A stretch of DNA of 64,000 bases from Tubulanus polymorphus. Lineage: Eukaryota > Animalia > Nemertea. The stretch covers positions 3,720,001 through 3,784,000 of the forward strand of contig NC_134025.1 of assembly GCF_964204645.1 (NCBI RefSeq), in the 5' to 3' direction. The number at the start of each line of letters is the position of its first letter. The stretch's first letter is position 1. A program made the position numbers and the translations under genes. Below the pieces are notes generated by a model that did not search any database, was not told the DNA's origin, and saw only the letters and a program-made list of their open reading frames with translations. Shown piece after piece: positions 1 through 15,000 of the stretch.

Positions 1-2063
1 TACAATGATATGTTTTGAAACTACTAGGCTTTCCGTTTTACGGCCAATTATAAGCTCGAAGACGACGGAAAGGTTCAAGGATAATCGCAGCTTTTTCTAG
101 ACAGAAGTTTACATCGAAACCCTGCAAGATTTCTACAAAACTTTACACAACAGACGGCGCGTTTACCACGTGAAGAAAAACTGCTGCACACGGAGATAAG
201 ATTTTCTTTCCACGAATTACCGGCAAGATTCATATATGAAAGAGAAATATGGTCTACTTGCATCCTCCAGAGAGAAATAAAAACAGACGAACACGTTTTT
301 TTGGATAATCCAGATGGAGGGATATTAGTTTCCAATAAGCACCTGTTTGGAGAACAGGGCAATCCAACTTAAAAGCATCGAGTTTTGATACACGCATAAC
401 GTACAATATGATAGGATCTTATCTAAATCTGGTCAATATTATGATGAACGAGTATTCGTACAGTACCAACTGTGGAGATAGAGAGAGAGAGAGCTATTTC
501 TAAAAAAGTTAGGGTGATTCTTATGGCATCCTTGTTTTCGAGAACAAACGCATAACCATCGGGGATACTAGACTGATCCTAACTTGAACTTCACATGCCC
601 AGTTTGGACAAGCTGTTTGATTATCGTGCCGCTTTTCTCTTTTACTTAGGTGGACACAGATGTATAACATTTCCAAAGTTGTACATGTTATTCAACCAGG
701 AAAATTGTAACGATTATAAGAATACGTGTGTGACTGATATTTGAGCCAATATTACATCCATTATAAAGCACTCAATCTTTATCTCACTGTCCAGAAGTGA
801 CTATCGTTGACGCAGTATCTACGAATAGAAGATCTAAGAATAGTATGAGGTGATAGTTGATTATGAAATAGTAAATACCGGTATCAGATTTTCCGTTTTG
901 TCACCACAATCTTTCGATATGGTTGTAGCAGTTTTCCATTAAAAAAATCACTCTACGCCTTTAAAACAGAATTGATTCGTTGAAATCACCAAAACTTCAA
1001 AATCAGAAACATTCAATTTAGTTGTAGCTTCACAAAGCCTTCAGTGTGAACGCGACTGTTAATGTTTTTCTCTTCGAGCAGTTTCTCGTGAGTTCTGGCA
1101 ACTTTATCAACGGCTTGATGTTCGGAATGCTCTGGTACAGATTATTTAGGTGATAAAACCGCGGTGTACATTTCTCGTAAGCTGTATCGGAAACCCGGTT
1201 GTTCATCTCTTAAAGATGCGATCAGTAACTCACCGCGAGAAAGCGGTTATGCTCGACATACTGCACATGATCTCACCATCTCAGAATTTCAACAATATCA
1301 AAAAACAACAGGTATTGAAACGCTGTGCGCAATGGCCGAATGAATGGGCTTTTACTGTCGCTAATATAACTTTCATAAAAAATTTAATTGTAACATTACA
1401 AATGTATATACCGATCCGTCTTGAGAAGAGGTTTTTGTTAGCCCGAAACTGTTTTCTTATTTTATGTATATTCAGACAATCTACCGAGAATCAAAAATAA
1501 GTACGCAGAATATATTACTTATTCTGCATTTCTGTCATGATCAAAAATTAAGGCTTTCTAATAATGATAGATCAGAATCATCAGAATCTTACCTATTTCA
1601 AATATTTTCGATCCGTTTATGAAGTATTTGTGTTTGCACTGCACAAACGGTTAGTTAGGTGCTGATGTATGTAAATGATTGATGCGAAATATCATAATTA
1701 ATTGAATGATACCTAGTTATATGGTATCTATATCTAGAATAGATACTGATAAACAGGGAGAGTGAGAGCATCGATCGAGGACATAAATTAGCGATATATT
1801 CATTATTGCGGGTATTGATGGTCACACTGTAAGCTAGTATTAAATGCACCGAACTACTTTGTCTTTGTGTCAATGAATCGGAGACCGATTTGAAATTATA
1901 CGTGATGAGGTTCAAATGATCAAACAACGCATGCTTCGAGTGAAACATAAACCGTTATTCCTTGAGGCAATGTTGCATTTACGCAGATGAAAGTTTGTTT
2001 CTATCATTTCACAATATTTCTATCATTTCACAAGGGCCTTCCGGATGGTCGTGTAGTTGAAAC

Positions 2064-2372
2064 GTTAATTTCAAAATGAAAATTGTGGTCGACTTCTGTA
2101 GTAGAAAGGAGATGGTCTGTAGAAAAGAGTGGCTCGTGAATATGATTTTGCTAATGAAAGAAGGTTTTTTTAGAGAACGGTATAATTCTCAATAGCTTCG
2201 AGATTCTTTATGGAAATCATCAGGAAAAGTTGATTTCAAAATGAAAATAGTGGTCAACCTCTTTTGGAGAAAGGAGTGGCTCGTAAATATTCAGTGGTTC
2301 TACCATAAAAGTGTTTTGAGAGAAAGGTCAATACATTTTCAATAGCCTTGATCGAGATCCTGAATGAAAATA
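2064..2372. repeat. Diverged tandem duplication, two copies of a unit of about 150-165 bp
   Basis: GTT(A/G)ATTTCAAAATGAAAAT(T/A)GTGGTC...GAGTGGCTCGT(G/A)AATAT...TCAATAGC...CGAGAT occurs at about 2064-2217 and about 2229-2372. Confidence 0.8.
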
Positions 2373-5300
2373 CTTTTTATCACTTAACATTAATGTAAAA
2401 ACGATGTAGAAATTACGAATATGAATCGAGAAAGTCCCAAACAAAAGAAGATATCGATGAACGAAAACATTCAGCGACCAATTTCAAATCTAATCCGAGT
2501 CAATTTCTAACAATAAAGAAACAAAATGCCGGATAAAGGCACTGATCACTTAGTGTATAATGGAAACGTCCATAAACCATGAATTATACATTTAGTAATT
2601 TTCATATTGCGATACGTTTATGCCGATTAGATCGCATCCGTATATTGGATTTCAGTTTTCGTATAAATTATATATCAGATTTTTCTATAGGGACGTACGA
2701 CTAAATTCATTTATCTATGACGTTTAGTGCATGCTCTTCGCGCGATGAATATTTGATATGTAATTGGCTATTCGGGCAATTACGGCACCAGTGATCCCGC
2801 TACTTGGTTTATATCATCCGTTTATATTGAATTAGTGAAAGTAACTTATAAACTTATCGTTGTAAGTAAATAAGGTTGAACTGAATTAGATCGAGGTTTG
2901 ACTTTATCGCGAGAAATGTCTTTTCAACGGTCATTTACTGCCTAACGTACTTACTGAAAGCGATGCATTAAAAGCTATTTTTATTTTCACTTGTATTGTA
3001 TTTCTCGCATTTATTTCACGCGAATTGTTTTCAGCCAATATTGGCCATAGCGATAACCCTAGCGAAACATCATCGTTAATGTAGACAACTAGGTCCATAA
3101 AATCATTTTCTATCCGTCCCCGAAGCCCTTTAATCAAAAACTAGTAAGCTGTCGATGGTACAAAGATGTATGGAACTATTGAACAGCGTGTTAAAGGTCC
3201 AAACCGATGTACATCCGTAGGGATCCTATATTCATATGACTTATGCCCGATTTTGGCAGATAATTATCGTTATATATGGGTTCTCGTACATAATTGAAAC
3301 AATCTCTGCTCGGGCAACTTGTAGCCACGTCACCGTATAAATAATGAATGGATGCTTGCTTTCGTCAAATGCGGTCATGTTAGTTAATGCACATTCGGAA
3401 ATGAACGCGAGTTACTCGATGTAATGAATAAAATCCACATTTGCCATGCGAATCAACCAAAGACTATATGACAAAAATGTCGCCACCAAAGCACTCTAGT
3501 AATAAAAAAAAAATTTCTCGATCTTGATGGAAAATGCATTAAGGCGAATAATTGCGAATATGAATAAAATGTCTATAACTATTAGATAGATTATATGTAA
3601 TCATATTTTAGATACGGCAAAAATGAGCTTTTTGAGTGTCCATCATAATAACAATGATACGGTCGCTTATATTGTCAGGTCATTCATCCGCGTATACATT
3701 TACGGATATACCAAAAACATAGCGTACATTGAGCATTGAGGAGATAATCCCACAATGATAATAAAAAGTCCGAAAATGAAACTTCGAGATAGTAGTTTAT
3801 TTCAACGTTTCGACTATATCCTAATAGTCATCTTCAGGAATAATATTCCTGAAGATGACTTTTCTTTCATTTTTCGTTCATTTTCTTTTTATTATCATTG
3901 TGGGATTATCTCCTCATCGCGTCAACACGGATATAGTGTTCTACCAATCGTGTACATTGAGCATTGCTTTCATTCCTATTTCATTATTCAATTTGGTGCA
4001 TCTGTCTACACCCGGTTTACTGCGAATTCAAACCGTGTACCTCATTAAAATGCTTGTTAGTTGCGTCACACCAGTTTAATATATCACGATTTTGAAAAAA
4101 AAAACTGAAACCATCTTTGACATTATACGAGTCATTTAGAGAAAAAGGCTTAATGAGGTAGAAATTCTAGCTTCCGAAAGTTATGATGGGAAATGGAAAA
4201 TGTACAACGAGATTGATAGCATCCGCAGGCATATGTTCTTCAGTATAGGGTACGGTAACTCATACTTAGTGCTACGAAATGGGGAAGGCGTCTACATTTT
4301 AACGTGTGCTTAACATATTTGTGAAATATGCAATGCATAAATCAACGATAAACGTATATTCCGAATGGAAATATGTAAACAATATTAGAATAATTTGCTT
4401 TGTCCAGAATTAGGTACACGCGTTACGATCAACTTCCTGGTAAGATATTGTAATCAACCAATCTTTAGATACGAATTAGAAAAATTAAAAATGTAGGCCA
4501 TTTTTTCCTTGGCCATTTTTTCCGTTCACCTTTAGATACATTGATTGAATGTCTTTTTCTACTAATTTTGCGAACTCAGACAAAAAATCAGTCTTTATTG
4601 CTGCTTAATGTTTCAGTGCAATAGCAGGATGTATTGGAGTTTTAACAACACTAAATGTCCATGATAATTGTTGTATATATTTCATCTATATTCTATATAT
4701 CTTTAATTTTTAAATGTTTACGTGTAATAGCTCTTTGTTTCTTGAGATGTTTGTTTCGTTAGTTGTTGTTTGTCTCACTGTCAGGTCTACTCGACTTTGT
4801 ATCATTTTCCATGTCTCCACCGTTCTCGTATCTCAATGATTATAAATAGTTTGTGTGTAAAAATAAATTAGTTCCAGTTTTGGTATTGCAAGCTGTTAGT
4901 TAAGTCTCACTCTCTTCGCTCTGTTCCGGATTTCCGACGTCGACCATTCTTCACGCGTATAGGACCGAAAATAGCTTTGCTAAAAAGTCATCTCAACTGA
5001 ATAAAAATCTTCGAAGATATATGGGATCTATGGTAGCGGATTTTTTAGACTTTCAATTTTGAAACATGCGATTTAATTAGAAAATGTCGCCGATATTGTA
5101 GATTTAATCAAACTCAATTACGAATTTGAATCATTTATACGCCGATGAAAAACTATAAGCCAACGACAATAACCTGTGAAGTCTATTTCAAGCAGGGCCC
5201 TGAGCCGTTTTATAGGCAGTAGTCGGCTTATCAGATTAAATTGATTTTGGACGGGGTTTGTGTTAAGAAGAATTTAAAATTGTGGATAGAACAACAGCAA

Positions 5301-5939
5301 GAACACATGGGTTTCACGCCATCCTAGGAATATAATTATGAAATTGCGTCTAAAGCTAACATGGCACTCCTCGGTCGGTATTACAGTAATAGACTACCTC
5401 TCGTACAAGCATAAATAGACTCATAAAATGTCGTATCGGAAAGTGACCATACAGATCGGCAGGTGCTCGTCGCATAGTTTATCATCGACTGAGATCAGTA
5501 AATCATCTTAGATGGTGACATCGATGCCACAAAATGTAGATTCGCAGAAAACAATCGCTACGATGAATAGTTAAATAAAACACATTTTATCGCAACATTT
5601 TAAATCGAAACTCGAAACGATTCAAAGGCAAAATGAATTTTCAATGTAATACTGTATGATACATGAATATCATGTTTCTGCGCTCCGACTTAAAACAGTA
5701 TCCCTTAATCCTCTGTAGAATTATCTATTGAATAGATGACAAAATTCCTCACATATTCCCCACATATTTCCATATAAATCTTTTGAACATTCTACGACTC
5801 AAAAATGTGATGAATGTTCAATTTCATTTGGATTAGTTCATAATGGTGATATTTCGTTGAAAAAAAAATTCAAACGTTAATCGAAAGGAAGTAATAGTTA
5901 AGATAGGCATTTTGAAGATCTTAATGAAAAATAACTTAC

Positions 5940-6036
5940 CTATTGTTAATACGTTCGGTACACCGGCAGCCACCATAATCATCACCAGTCCAAATAGGAT
6001 ATAGGCAGCAACCCTCTTCATAAAACATAACGTCAT
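5940..6036 (-). CDS. First coding exon (signal peptide) of a probable ionotropic glutamate receptor, kainate/AMPA type; gene probably continues left of the window
   Basis: MTLCFMKRVAAYILFGLVMIMVAAGVPNVLTIG ends at a phase-1 donor ATAG|GTAAG. A hydrophobic signal peptide followed by (V/L)PxVxxIG is typical of the start of the kainate/AMPA receptor amino-terminal domain. Upstream acceptor TTTATTTCAG at 6339. I recognised no further exon in 1-5939, so the family call rests on about 10 residues. Confidence 0.55.
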
Positions 6037-9000
6037 CCTCTCAGCCAGTCCACATAGAAACCAAAATTTTCTTCATAGTTCATACACTTTAACAACATTT
6101 CCTGCCAACACTTTTTTCCATGATTCCGACACAAAATATTTATTCCATCGTTTGCAATAGCGAGGTAAATCCTAAAGTGTTTTTGGTTGCCGAAGCGAGT
6201 GTTAAAATCCCGGCGCGATCAGTTTGAGAATTCTTACCGAAGTTTCAGATCATATCCACTAAAGTTTCGTAGATATCTTCGTGCGGAAATTTCATCGGCG
6301 CTGCTCGTAAAGTGTTCTGTTTTCCATTCCGCTCTACTCTGAAATAAAGATGTTAAACTTCATGGTTAGTCGCTTAATGAAGTTGTAACTACGGGCGGGT
6401 AGAACTAGCTGCAGCTCACTGACGAGGCCGCAACACAATACTCGCAGCGGTGAGCGCAAGATTTCCCAAACGGCGCTTAGGACCCATTTATTCCGATACA
6501 ACACGCAAACTTTGCATATCGCCTACATATAGATAATTCACTTTTCAATTAGACTAACTAATTGATACGTTTGAGATTGCTACGAAAGTGGTGATAAAGT
6601 GTGTTTAAATTGTAAAATACATAGTTCTATATATATTCGGAACTAAATGAATTCGCCACAAGCTCCAAATTTCACATTTCCTGCTCATAGATAAACCTAT
6701 TTCGAAGTTTCCAGTCGGTAAGTGCACCAGCCGCGGATACGGGGCTGTTGTAATCAAGGGATGATGTCAGTGACGTGAGACTCGCTGCGAGTGCGCGTCG
6801 CATAATGATCAAGTACGCCACCGCTGCCATGAGCAACCCGCTCATTCAAAATCGCATAATCTAGATATCATATTCTATCCATAATTGAATAATCACCATG
6901 AAATGAAATGAAACCCAGTTTAATGCTTAAAAAGAGAATATAATAAGCGAACGATTTAAAGCAAATAGGATTTTTGAATATTCAATATTTTTTTCAATCG
7001 GTATTCGTATAGAATTTGAATTATGAATAGATAGATTTTTTTCCGCTTCAATCATAACGCACGAATTTTGACGTATGACGTAATCGTGAATTCACCTTAC
7101 GTTTATACGTTTTCATTTCACTCGTCTGGTCGGCGAGGCTTAATGGGTTTACCGGTTTGTACCGTGGAGGTTTTTGTTCTTTTGTTGAACGTCGTGGATT
7201 ATGCATTTTTTATTGGATTTGGGTGCCTTATTTCGATTTCATATTCGGATTTCAAATGCGAAGGAACGTTAATCCGTGGAGGGCGAAATGACTAGACATC
7301 TATTGAAAAATTAACTATTTAATGAATTCATTCCTATAAACCTCGTATAGTGATTCAGACGTAATACGAGGAACACGTGGTAGGTGAATGATGGCTCAAT
7401 CTCAGTTTTAGTCGGAAAAGATAACATCTGTTTTAACTTAGAACAACCAACCCCCTTTGCGATTTATCATACAGTTCTGCATTTTCTGTACATATATGTG
7501 GCAAATTTGATATATTGAATCGTTTTTCGAGTTTCAACGAATTTTTGAAATGTTTTCGCCGATACGTAATGTTGATCCTGTATCAATTTACGTATTTATT
7601 TTGACTGCTGGTCGGTTGTTGATCAACATGTTTAACAACATCGGGAAGTAATATATATGTGCTGCCTCGCCAGACTGAAATTGTGTATTCTGGCACGAGT
7701 TGTATTTATTGGAGAGACGAGAGGCGAATCAGTCTCTGGTCAGACAAAATAAAACCTACCAAGATTTATTTGTTCTGGTCGTTTCTGGAGAAAATTGTGG
7801 CGATTTGTGCTAAACGGAAACGGTTCTTCTTCCAGACATCTTCAATAGATTTCCTTCCTTCCCGATACTGATACCCATAACTAAACGATATTCGAGAACA
7901 AGTTTATAGAAACGGGATGAATAATAGAAAGATAGAAAGTATGGTCATTGACACGAGTACCAACACAGGCAGGAGTCTTAAAATTGATAGCGTCTATAAT
8001 TTCAATGTTTATAGGTAATAGTGATAACAAGCGGCGCTTGGTTGCAATTGTATCGTTGTGACAGTCACTTTGTGGATATTTTTCAGTTTGGAACAACCGG
8101 GTATGATGAAAATACATGTGCATGCGTGCAGTTATAGTTTGTGATAAATTTCCTATTCCTGAATCAAGAGAAGGCCATAAATAGATACCTGTCAAAATGG
8201 GCCAGTCTCTTTGCGTGACCGACAATGATACGGCTTAATTGAAGTCGCCGATTGCATATGAAATCGAACATTTTATTCATCTGTAGGAGACACGAGGTTG
8301 CATTTCATATAAAATTTCGCGTGTCAGTCGCCATGGCTGCCTTCAAAAATAATGAATACAGCAACACACTTTAATTATCATTTCCGATGGTATACGTTCA
8401 CGCGTCAGCGATTATTAGACGAAAGATCGCGCAGAGTGTAGGTCCACAAATTACGGTTTTCTAATAAAATTTGTGATAGTTCATTCAATGCGTAATACCA
8501 TCTGATTCATAGAATTATGAAACATACCGGGTTATCGATACTAAAATTACGAAGACCTTTCCTGAAATGTCCAACATTGAAAACTATTGAGAAAAATCGT
8601 CAACTGAACAAGATGGTGGGATGATTGGGAATTGACTTTAATTATTAAATGATGATTCAAATATAACATAAATCAGGGGTAGTATAGCGCATAGTTAAAT
8701 GTATGAAATGATATCCACTTCATCCAGATTATAAATAGAAAACCGATAATAAGTGTAAATTTTCTACTGAATTTTCAGTGAATGAATACCGTAAGTTTTC
8801 GGATAATATCGAATCATCAGAACGCATACGATTTTAGAAATATCTACATCCCTTTCGAAGCTGCGATGTAAAGGCAGCCGATTGTATGTTCCATGCATGT
8901 GGTAGATAAGTCATTCCCGTGAGTATCGTTATCAAACATATGATCCACTCTTACTAGTCTGTTTAGTGAATATTACCACAAAACAATTGATTTATTCATC

Positions 9001-12000
9001 ATTTCCATATCGTAGATATTACCACATTTTGTCATTACGCTCACAGCCATTTATGCGATACTTTTTTCTAGTTTTCAATTCTATCATTATCCTCACGATA
9101 GAGACGCATGACATACTTTATACAGGCGAAATGAGAGGCCACAAAACATTTTCATCATTTTTCATGTAAACCTTTAATGGATATATATGAAAATTCGCTT
9201 GATGAACGAAAATGGTCAGAATTCAGTAAATTCCTTAAAGCTCGTGACTACGAATATGATTAACAACAACTTATCAATCCATTTAGTGCATCACCATCCG
9301 TCTTTGGTCACTTCTGCATGAATAACCAGCTCAGCGAAGCGAGCTATTCGCGGAATGGAGATATCATTTCGAGAATTGCGCGTCTGATATCTCGATTAGA
9401 TTATGATTGTCACCGGGGTGACACCAAAATTATAGAAATCCTCGCGACTACATTTGGAACAGAAAAAGCAACTTGATTTAGGGTAGACGTCATTGGTAGG
9501 TCGATGAGGCATTCAGGACCTGCTGCAGAATCGTTGAGACCCAGCTACGGTTACTACTTGATAAAAGTTTCGGTGTCGATTGATGTAACAGCTTCGCAAA
9601 AGTGGTGTTCACGATACCATTTCTAACAAGTTACTACGTCTTAGAACGACGACGGAGAAGACAAATCTAACATATGTTCTATGCCCACGATCAATCCGAC
9701 CGTATTTACGTTATATAACGGTGTATCGATGAAATACTAAGACATCGATTTCGTTACTTCCACTTGACGGATTCCTATCGGATTGAATTTCATTCATAAA
9801 GAGACTTAATGCACGTCGAATTACACTTATTGGACTTATTATAGATTCCATTAAATTACATCAGTAACAAGAAACAAACGTATTAAACTCGGGGGATCCA
9901 TATATTGGTTGATAATATTGCCGAGTCTTAGATTTTGGTTTGATCATGAGAATTATTTCTTCGTAAATCTTGAACCTTGTTTGCGTGAAGATCTATAAAT
10001 TTGTTGCAGAAGAGGCTCTTGCTCATTTATTAGTCAGACTACTATTCCCTGTTACCCTGTTTTGTAGTCGCTCTAGCCACTGTAGTTCTGGAGTGCTCAC
10101 TGGACTTAATGGCGCGCACCCCGAGTCCATTAAACAATAAACTAGTTGATGAACTCGCGTAAGATAGTCACTTTATTGTCTTTTCACGGTGCACCATTCA
10201 GCATCATTTTGCAAATCTGCGAAGTACAGATATACAATTCGCATACGTGCCTTCTGCTGCCGTATTTGTATTCTACTCTCGTGACGGGGTAACTGCCCCC
10301 AAACATCTACTTAGGCCGAGAAATATCGCAGTAAGCGCCATAAACTAGGGCATTTCATATATTGCCTTTTTTTAAATGCTGTGAGAAATCTTGAGAATAG
10401 AAACTATAACTGTAATTATGATACGGCGTATATGGGTGTTAGAGATGCGATAAGTCTCGAAGAAACTCTGAAATTATGATTTAATGCTTTTACTTCGTGC
10501 GTCGATGATTGGAAAGTGGGATCGATCATCTACCACTATTGAACGAATGAGGTGAAAACTGTACATTAAGTATAATCATATTCGACTCATAACCGCTAGA
10601 TAAATATCAATTTGCCATAACGTTCAACAGAAATATGATTCATCCATCCATGTCCTCGGGTAATGAAACCTTTACTAAATGGCCAAACATCATCACGACA
10701 GCGCAGAATACATTCGAGAGGGCTGTTGATCAAACAAGTATATATATACATTCAAGTGAGCATTGATAAGATAATCTATTAAGGTTACATATTATAATTA
10801 TTTGTTTTGTTCGTAATCAAACCAGTCTAAATAATCTAAAATCATTCCCCTAGGCATGTTTACAGTTTAACATTACGTTCAATTGTTCAGGCAAAATTGA
10901 ATGTTCATGTTTCGTCGCGATTCAACTCGGCGTGAACCTCGTGACTTAAATGAATTTAATTGAAATTAAATCTGTCTAGGGATTCGTTTGAATCATGCTC
11001 AGATAGATGTGATATCATAAACTAATGGATTTCACTGATGGTTTACAGTAATATAACCTTGTTTAACGTATTTCTTTGAATGATTCCGGGATAAGAGCTG
11101 CAGCAGCGTATATTGTGCTGTTTCTTCTTGGTTAACTTTCTTCAGTGGATTTTAAACACGCTTCTTTGCACTTGAATCTGTCTGCAAGTTCAGGTTTGCA
11201 GGTGTGCCGGCTATGCACACACTCTAACCACATTTGCGAGCGGGAGTATCTCCACGGTGCATTTACTTAACAATCCTTGATCCACGAAAATTAATTTCGA
11301 AGTAGAAAGCGGGCGAGCTTGGTGAATCGTTTGAAAATGCTGACGTCAGAACAAAATTCGGCTGCTGTTAAACTCGTAACAAGATAATCGGCAAATGCCC
11401 GCAGTCAGAATGTTTCGAAAAACATTTCATTAACACGAACGGAACTTGTTTTCCAACGGCGAGACTGACAAATCTCAAAGATGAATCGAAGTCTTAAAAC
11501 TGATCGATAAGCGCTTGATAATCCCCTTTGTATGTTTACGTCGAGCAAGCATGAACAGATGAACCATGTTCGCAGCAGCCAAAAAATAGACGTTCTCTTA
11601 TACTCGATTACCAGAGCCGATAGACTGGATCGTGCCAAATTCTATATATCATTATGATCCGCAAACTTTCAGATTATCATTCGGTTAAATTGAATATAAA
11701 CTGTATTTATAGAGTTTATAAACTGCATTTATTGGTACTTCAAAACAAACTGATGCACGATTTAGTGCCAGATGGATAGATAATACTATAAACAACAAGC
11801 TAGTCAGTATATAATACATATCACATCATATGGTCTGGATGACCTTTCACAAACAATGATAGTTCAAACATTAATATATGTATATGAACATATTGTCAAA
11901 CATATTGTAATGTTCAGTCCAAACATATTGTAATGAATCTCGGATTTCTTGAATTTCTAGAGCTGGGCGATTGTAATACAGTAGGTCTAATAAATCTCGA

Positions 12001-15000
12001 ATGGCCCAGGTATAGATAGATCAACTAAGGTCATCTAAAAGTTATACGGCAGATAAATGAGAAATCAATTTAGATTATTATGTTTATAGTCAAGTATAAT
12101 TTTACTACGTAAACATTGTAGATGGGTTAACGTTAGGTTTACACACATTCACCTGTTTCACCTGTTATCGATACCTGCATAGTAGACCTTAAATGCTTCG
12201 TAAAACGATTTGACCCTATGACTGGCTGATTAGGCTATCGGAGAAGTTTCTCTACGCTACGCCGCAAGAAAATGTAAAATATTGCGGCATAACAACATTC
12301 CCTGAATGCTGACGAAACGAAAGAAAATACAGAAGAAAGCTCGTGTTTACATAAACAGCAGGTCGCGATCTTGTTTAACGGTGGGTTAAAGGGAAAAATG
12401 TGTGAATCGACTTTTCGACTGCACACGAATTTCGTAAAATTCTCCTGAGATTAGAAATCGGATGCATCGAACTCGTCGCTTCGAAAGAAATGATTTCCGA
12501 TGCACTGAATATGTAAATACATCGAAAACATATTTCTCAAACGAGTTCGACACAAATATTCCCGACGAAAACTAGTAAATCAATGCAAAGGCAAGATTAA
12601 TCCGAGTCGATCGAGGCTGTAAATTTCGACTTCACGCGTCGCATTCCATTCTAATTTCTGCGGTATCAACTGACTGCTATTACGACCGTCAAAGCCATTT
12701 TCTCTTAGCCACAAATCTCAATGAAGGTCGACTGAGCTTTCAAGTTTATATCATTTCAAAGTATTTGGAAATAAATCAATTCGCCCATTTACCTTGTTTC
12801 ACCGATTCAGAAGTAAACTGGCCGTATAAATGCCGCTCTATTGCTTCCAATTTCATTTCTATCTAAAAGCGCACTTTACCGAGAAACATAAATCTATGTT
12901 TTGAAATCCAAAAGGGGGATTAATTTTTATTGCAGCCTCGACGAATTACCCCATTGATGAGCGGGTTTTACCATCCACACAGTTCAGACACGTTTTCTGT
13001 TCAGGTCAGAAGCTGATATTTAACTATAGGAAGTCAGTCCGCAGCCATCTTGGAATTTTTCGTTATACAATGCTATGATGGGCGGCCAGGTGGACGTAAG
13101 GCTTATTATAGGGCATGATTATGTGACCGCAGTACGTATGTTACATGTAATTACTGAACATATATAATTGGGGTAAAATGTCCTCTCATTACGACTGTGC
13201 ACGTGATATAACTATTGGTGGCTCGTGGCTGACCTATGGTCATAAATAACATACATGCCCGCATCACAGTCCATCTAATCGAGGCGTCACTGATGCGATT
13301 GATTTCTCACGTCATCTCGTTTATGTATAGGCCAAAATATACGTTGAACGATATAGAGCAGCCGTTCAACCGATGCCTCTGAGAGGATCATCGTCATCTA
13401 GGCATCCTCAAAATTGATACACATTTTCTTTGATACTATCGTATGGAAAGTATCTCGTATCAAAAATTGTCAATGCTCACATGATTGCCGGTGTTATTAC
13501 CATAAACGACCTTATCGTTTTTTGCTTCGATATATCGACCAGCCATTAGGCCATCAACGCAAGATAGTCTGTCCGCGCGATAGTTGCCGTGAAGCACATT
13601 GTACAAATGATGGTGGTTCAGGCGGCAAAGAAATGTAGTTTCGTGGGTATTTTCTGGCTGATTGAACAGATTTTGCAGATAGACGCCGGAAGCGACGTAA
13701 ATGACAGACCTGGTTTCATTTCCTTAGGCATTTGCGTAAACGAACGAAGAGGTATAAGTTGAGGAATATGTGAGGGGCTCAGGTGACTCCTTAACAACGC
13801 GCAGGACTGGTGAATTCACTGATGACTAAATACTTCATCGGTTCGTGAGTGTTGCACCACAAGTGCGGTCACCACAAGTAAGGTACTGCAGTTTTAACTC
13901 CGCAGGTACGCCTGGTGTTTGGGCTTCGTCTGAACCGGAGAGCTCATATATGCTTCAGACATTCAGCTTTTTTAAATAACCACAACGTCAATGAATCAGG
14001 GCTTCCTGTAGCTGGGATTTCTGTCGGGTTCATACGGTCAGGGTCGTTCAACCTCTTGGTGGGGTTCACATCAACTAACGAAATACTGCGATAACCACAA
14101 TCGGAAATTCATGTCACCGTGCGGCAGGTTGTGACCATATACTTTCAATTTTGTCGGAAATTGACTTGTTCTGTCTATTTTCAATTACAGCATTCTCAGC
14201 GATGGCGTTTCCAAGCCGCTTTTCAATTTTACACACGTCACCCGATCACCGATGTACATGGCGCACATACGTACACCCAGCAGACCAAGTCCTATAAAAG
14301 CTTGCGCGGGGATGGAAGAAATCATGATTACTTTTTCTGTTCCATTCAAAAGAACCCAATTTCATCCTTGAAGACATGTCGACAATTCATTCAATTTTGA
14401 TAAATGTTACTTGAATTTGGTGGATTTGTTCATGCGAATTTTTCCGTAGTCTCTTTTTGTCTTCTGTCATCAAATTAATTTCAGTGCATCAGAATCGATC
14501 TACCATAGCACACGAGGTTGTATATGTACGTGTTGAATAAACAAACGTATTTCATCCCTAGTTATTTGATTGGAATTTGTAAAAAAGAAAAGGATTAAGA
14601 TTGCAGAGTATAAAGCTCAAAATTGAAATGTAATTTACCGTAATATTTACCGTAATATTTGACTAATTTTTCAATTAATTATATTTCTTATCAGCGTGAG
14701 TCTTAACAGTCGAATTCAGACTTAAAATCACACTGCAACTGAAACCTCTACATCGAGTTAATCCCGGTCTTCTTCGCCTCTGTTCGTAGAGATACGGGAC
14801 ACGCCGTAGAAAATTAGCTAGTAATCATTCTCGTCTGATTAGCGCTATAACGGCGGTAAAATGAACTACTTTCACTGTTAATTCGATAATTAATTTGCCA
14901 AATTACACGTAGCTCAGAGCAACGCTTTGTATCTAAGTCAGACGGTTCCAAATTCTGTATGTATACGAGGTATATGTATTGTATGAACTGGCTGTATAGA

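Noticed and set aside
61-372. Stretch open on both strands for about 95 codons
   Set aside because: No recognisable domain, no convincing splice sites and no resemblance to a glutamate receptor exon 2. It may be a decayed fragment but I cannot support a call.
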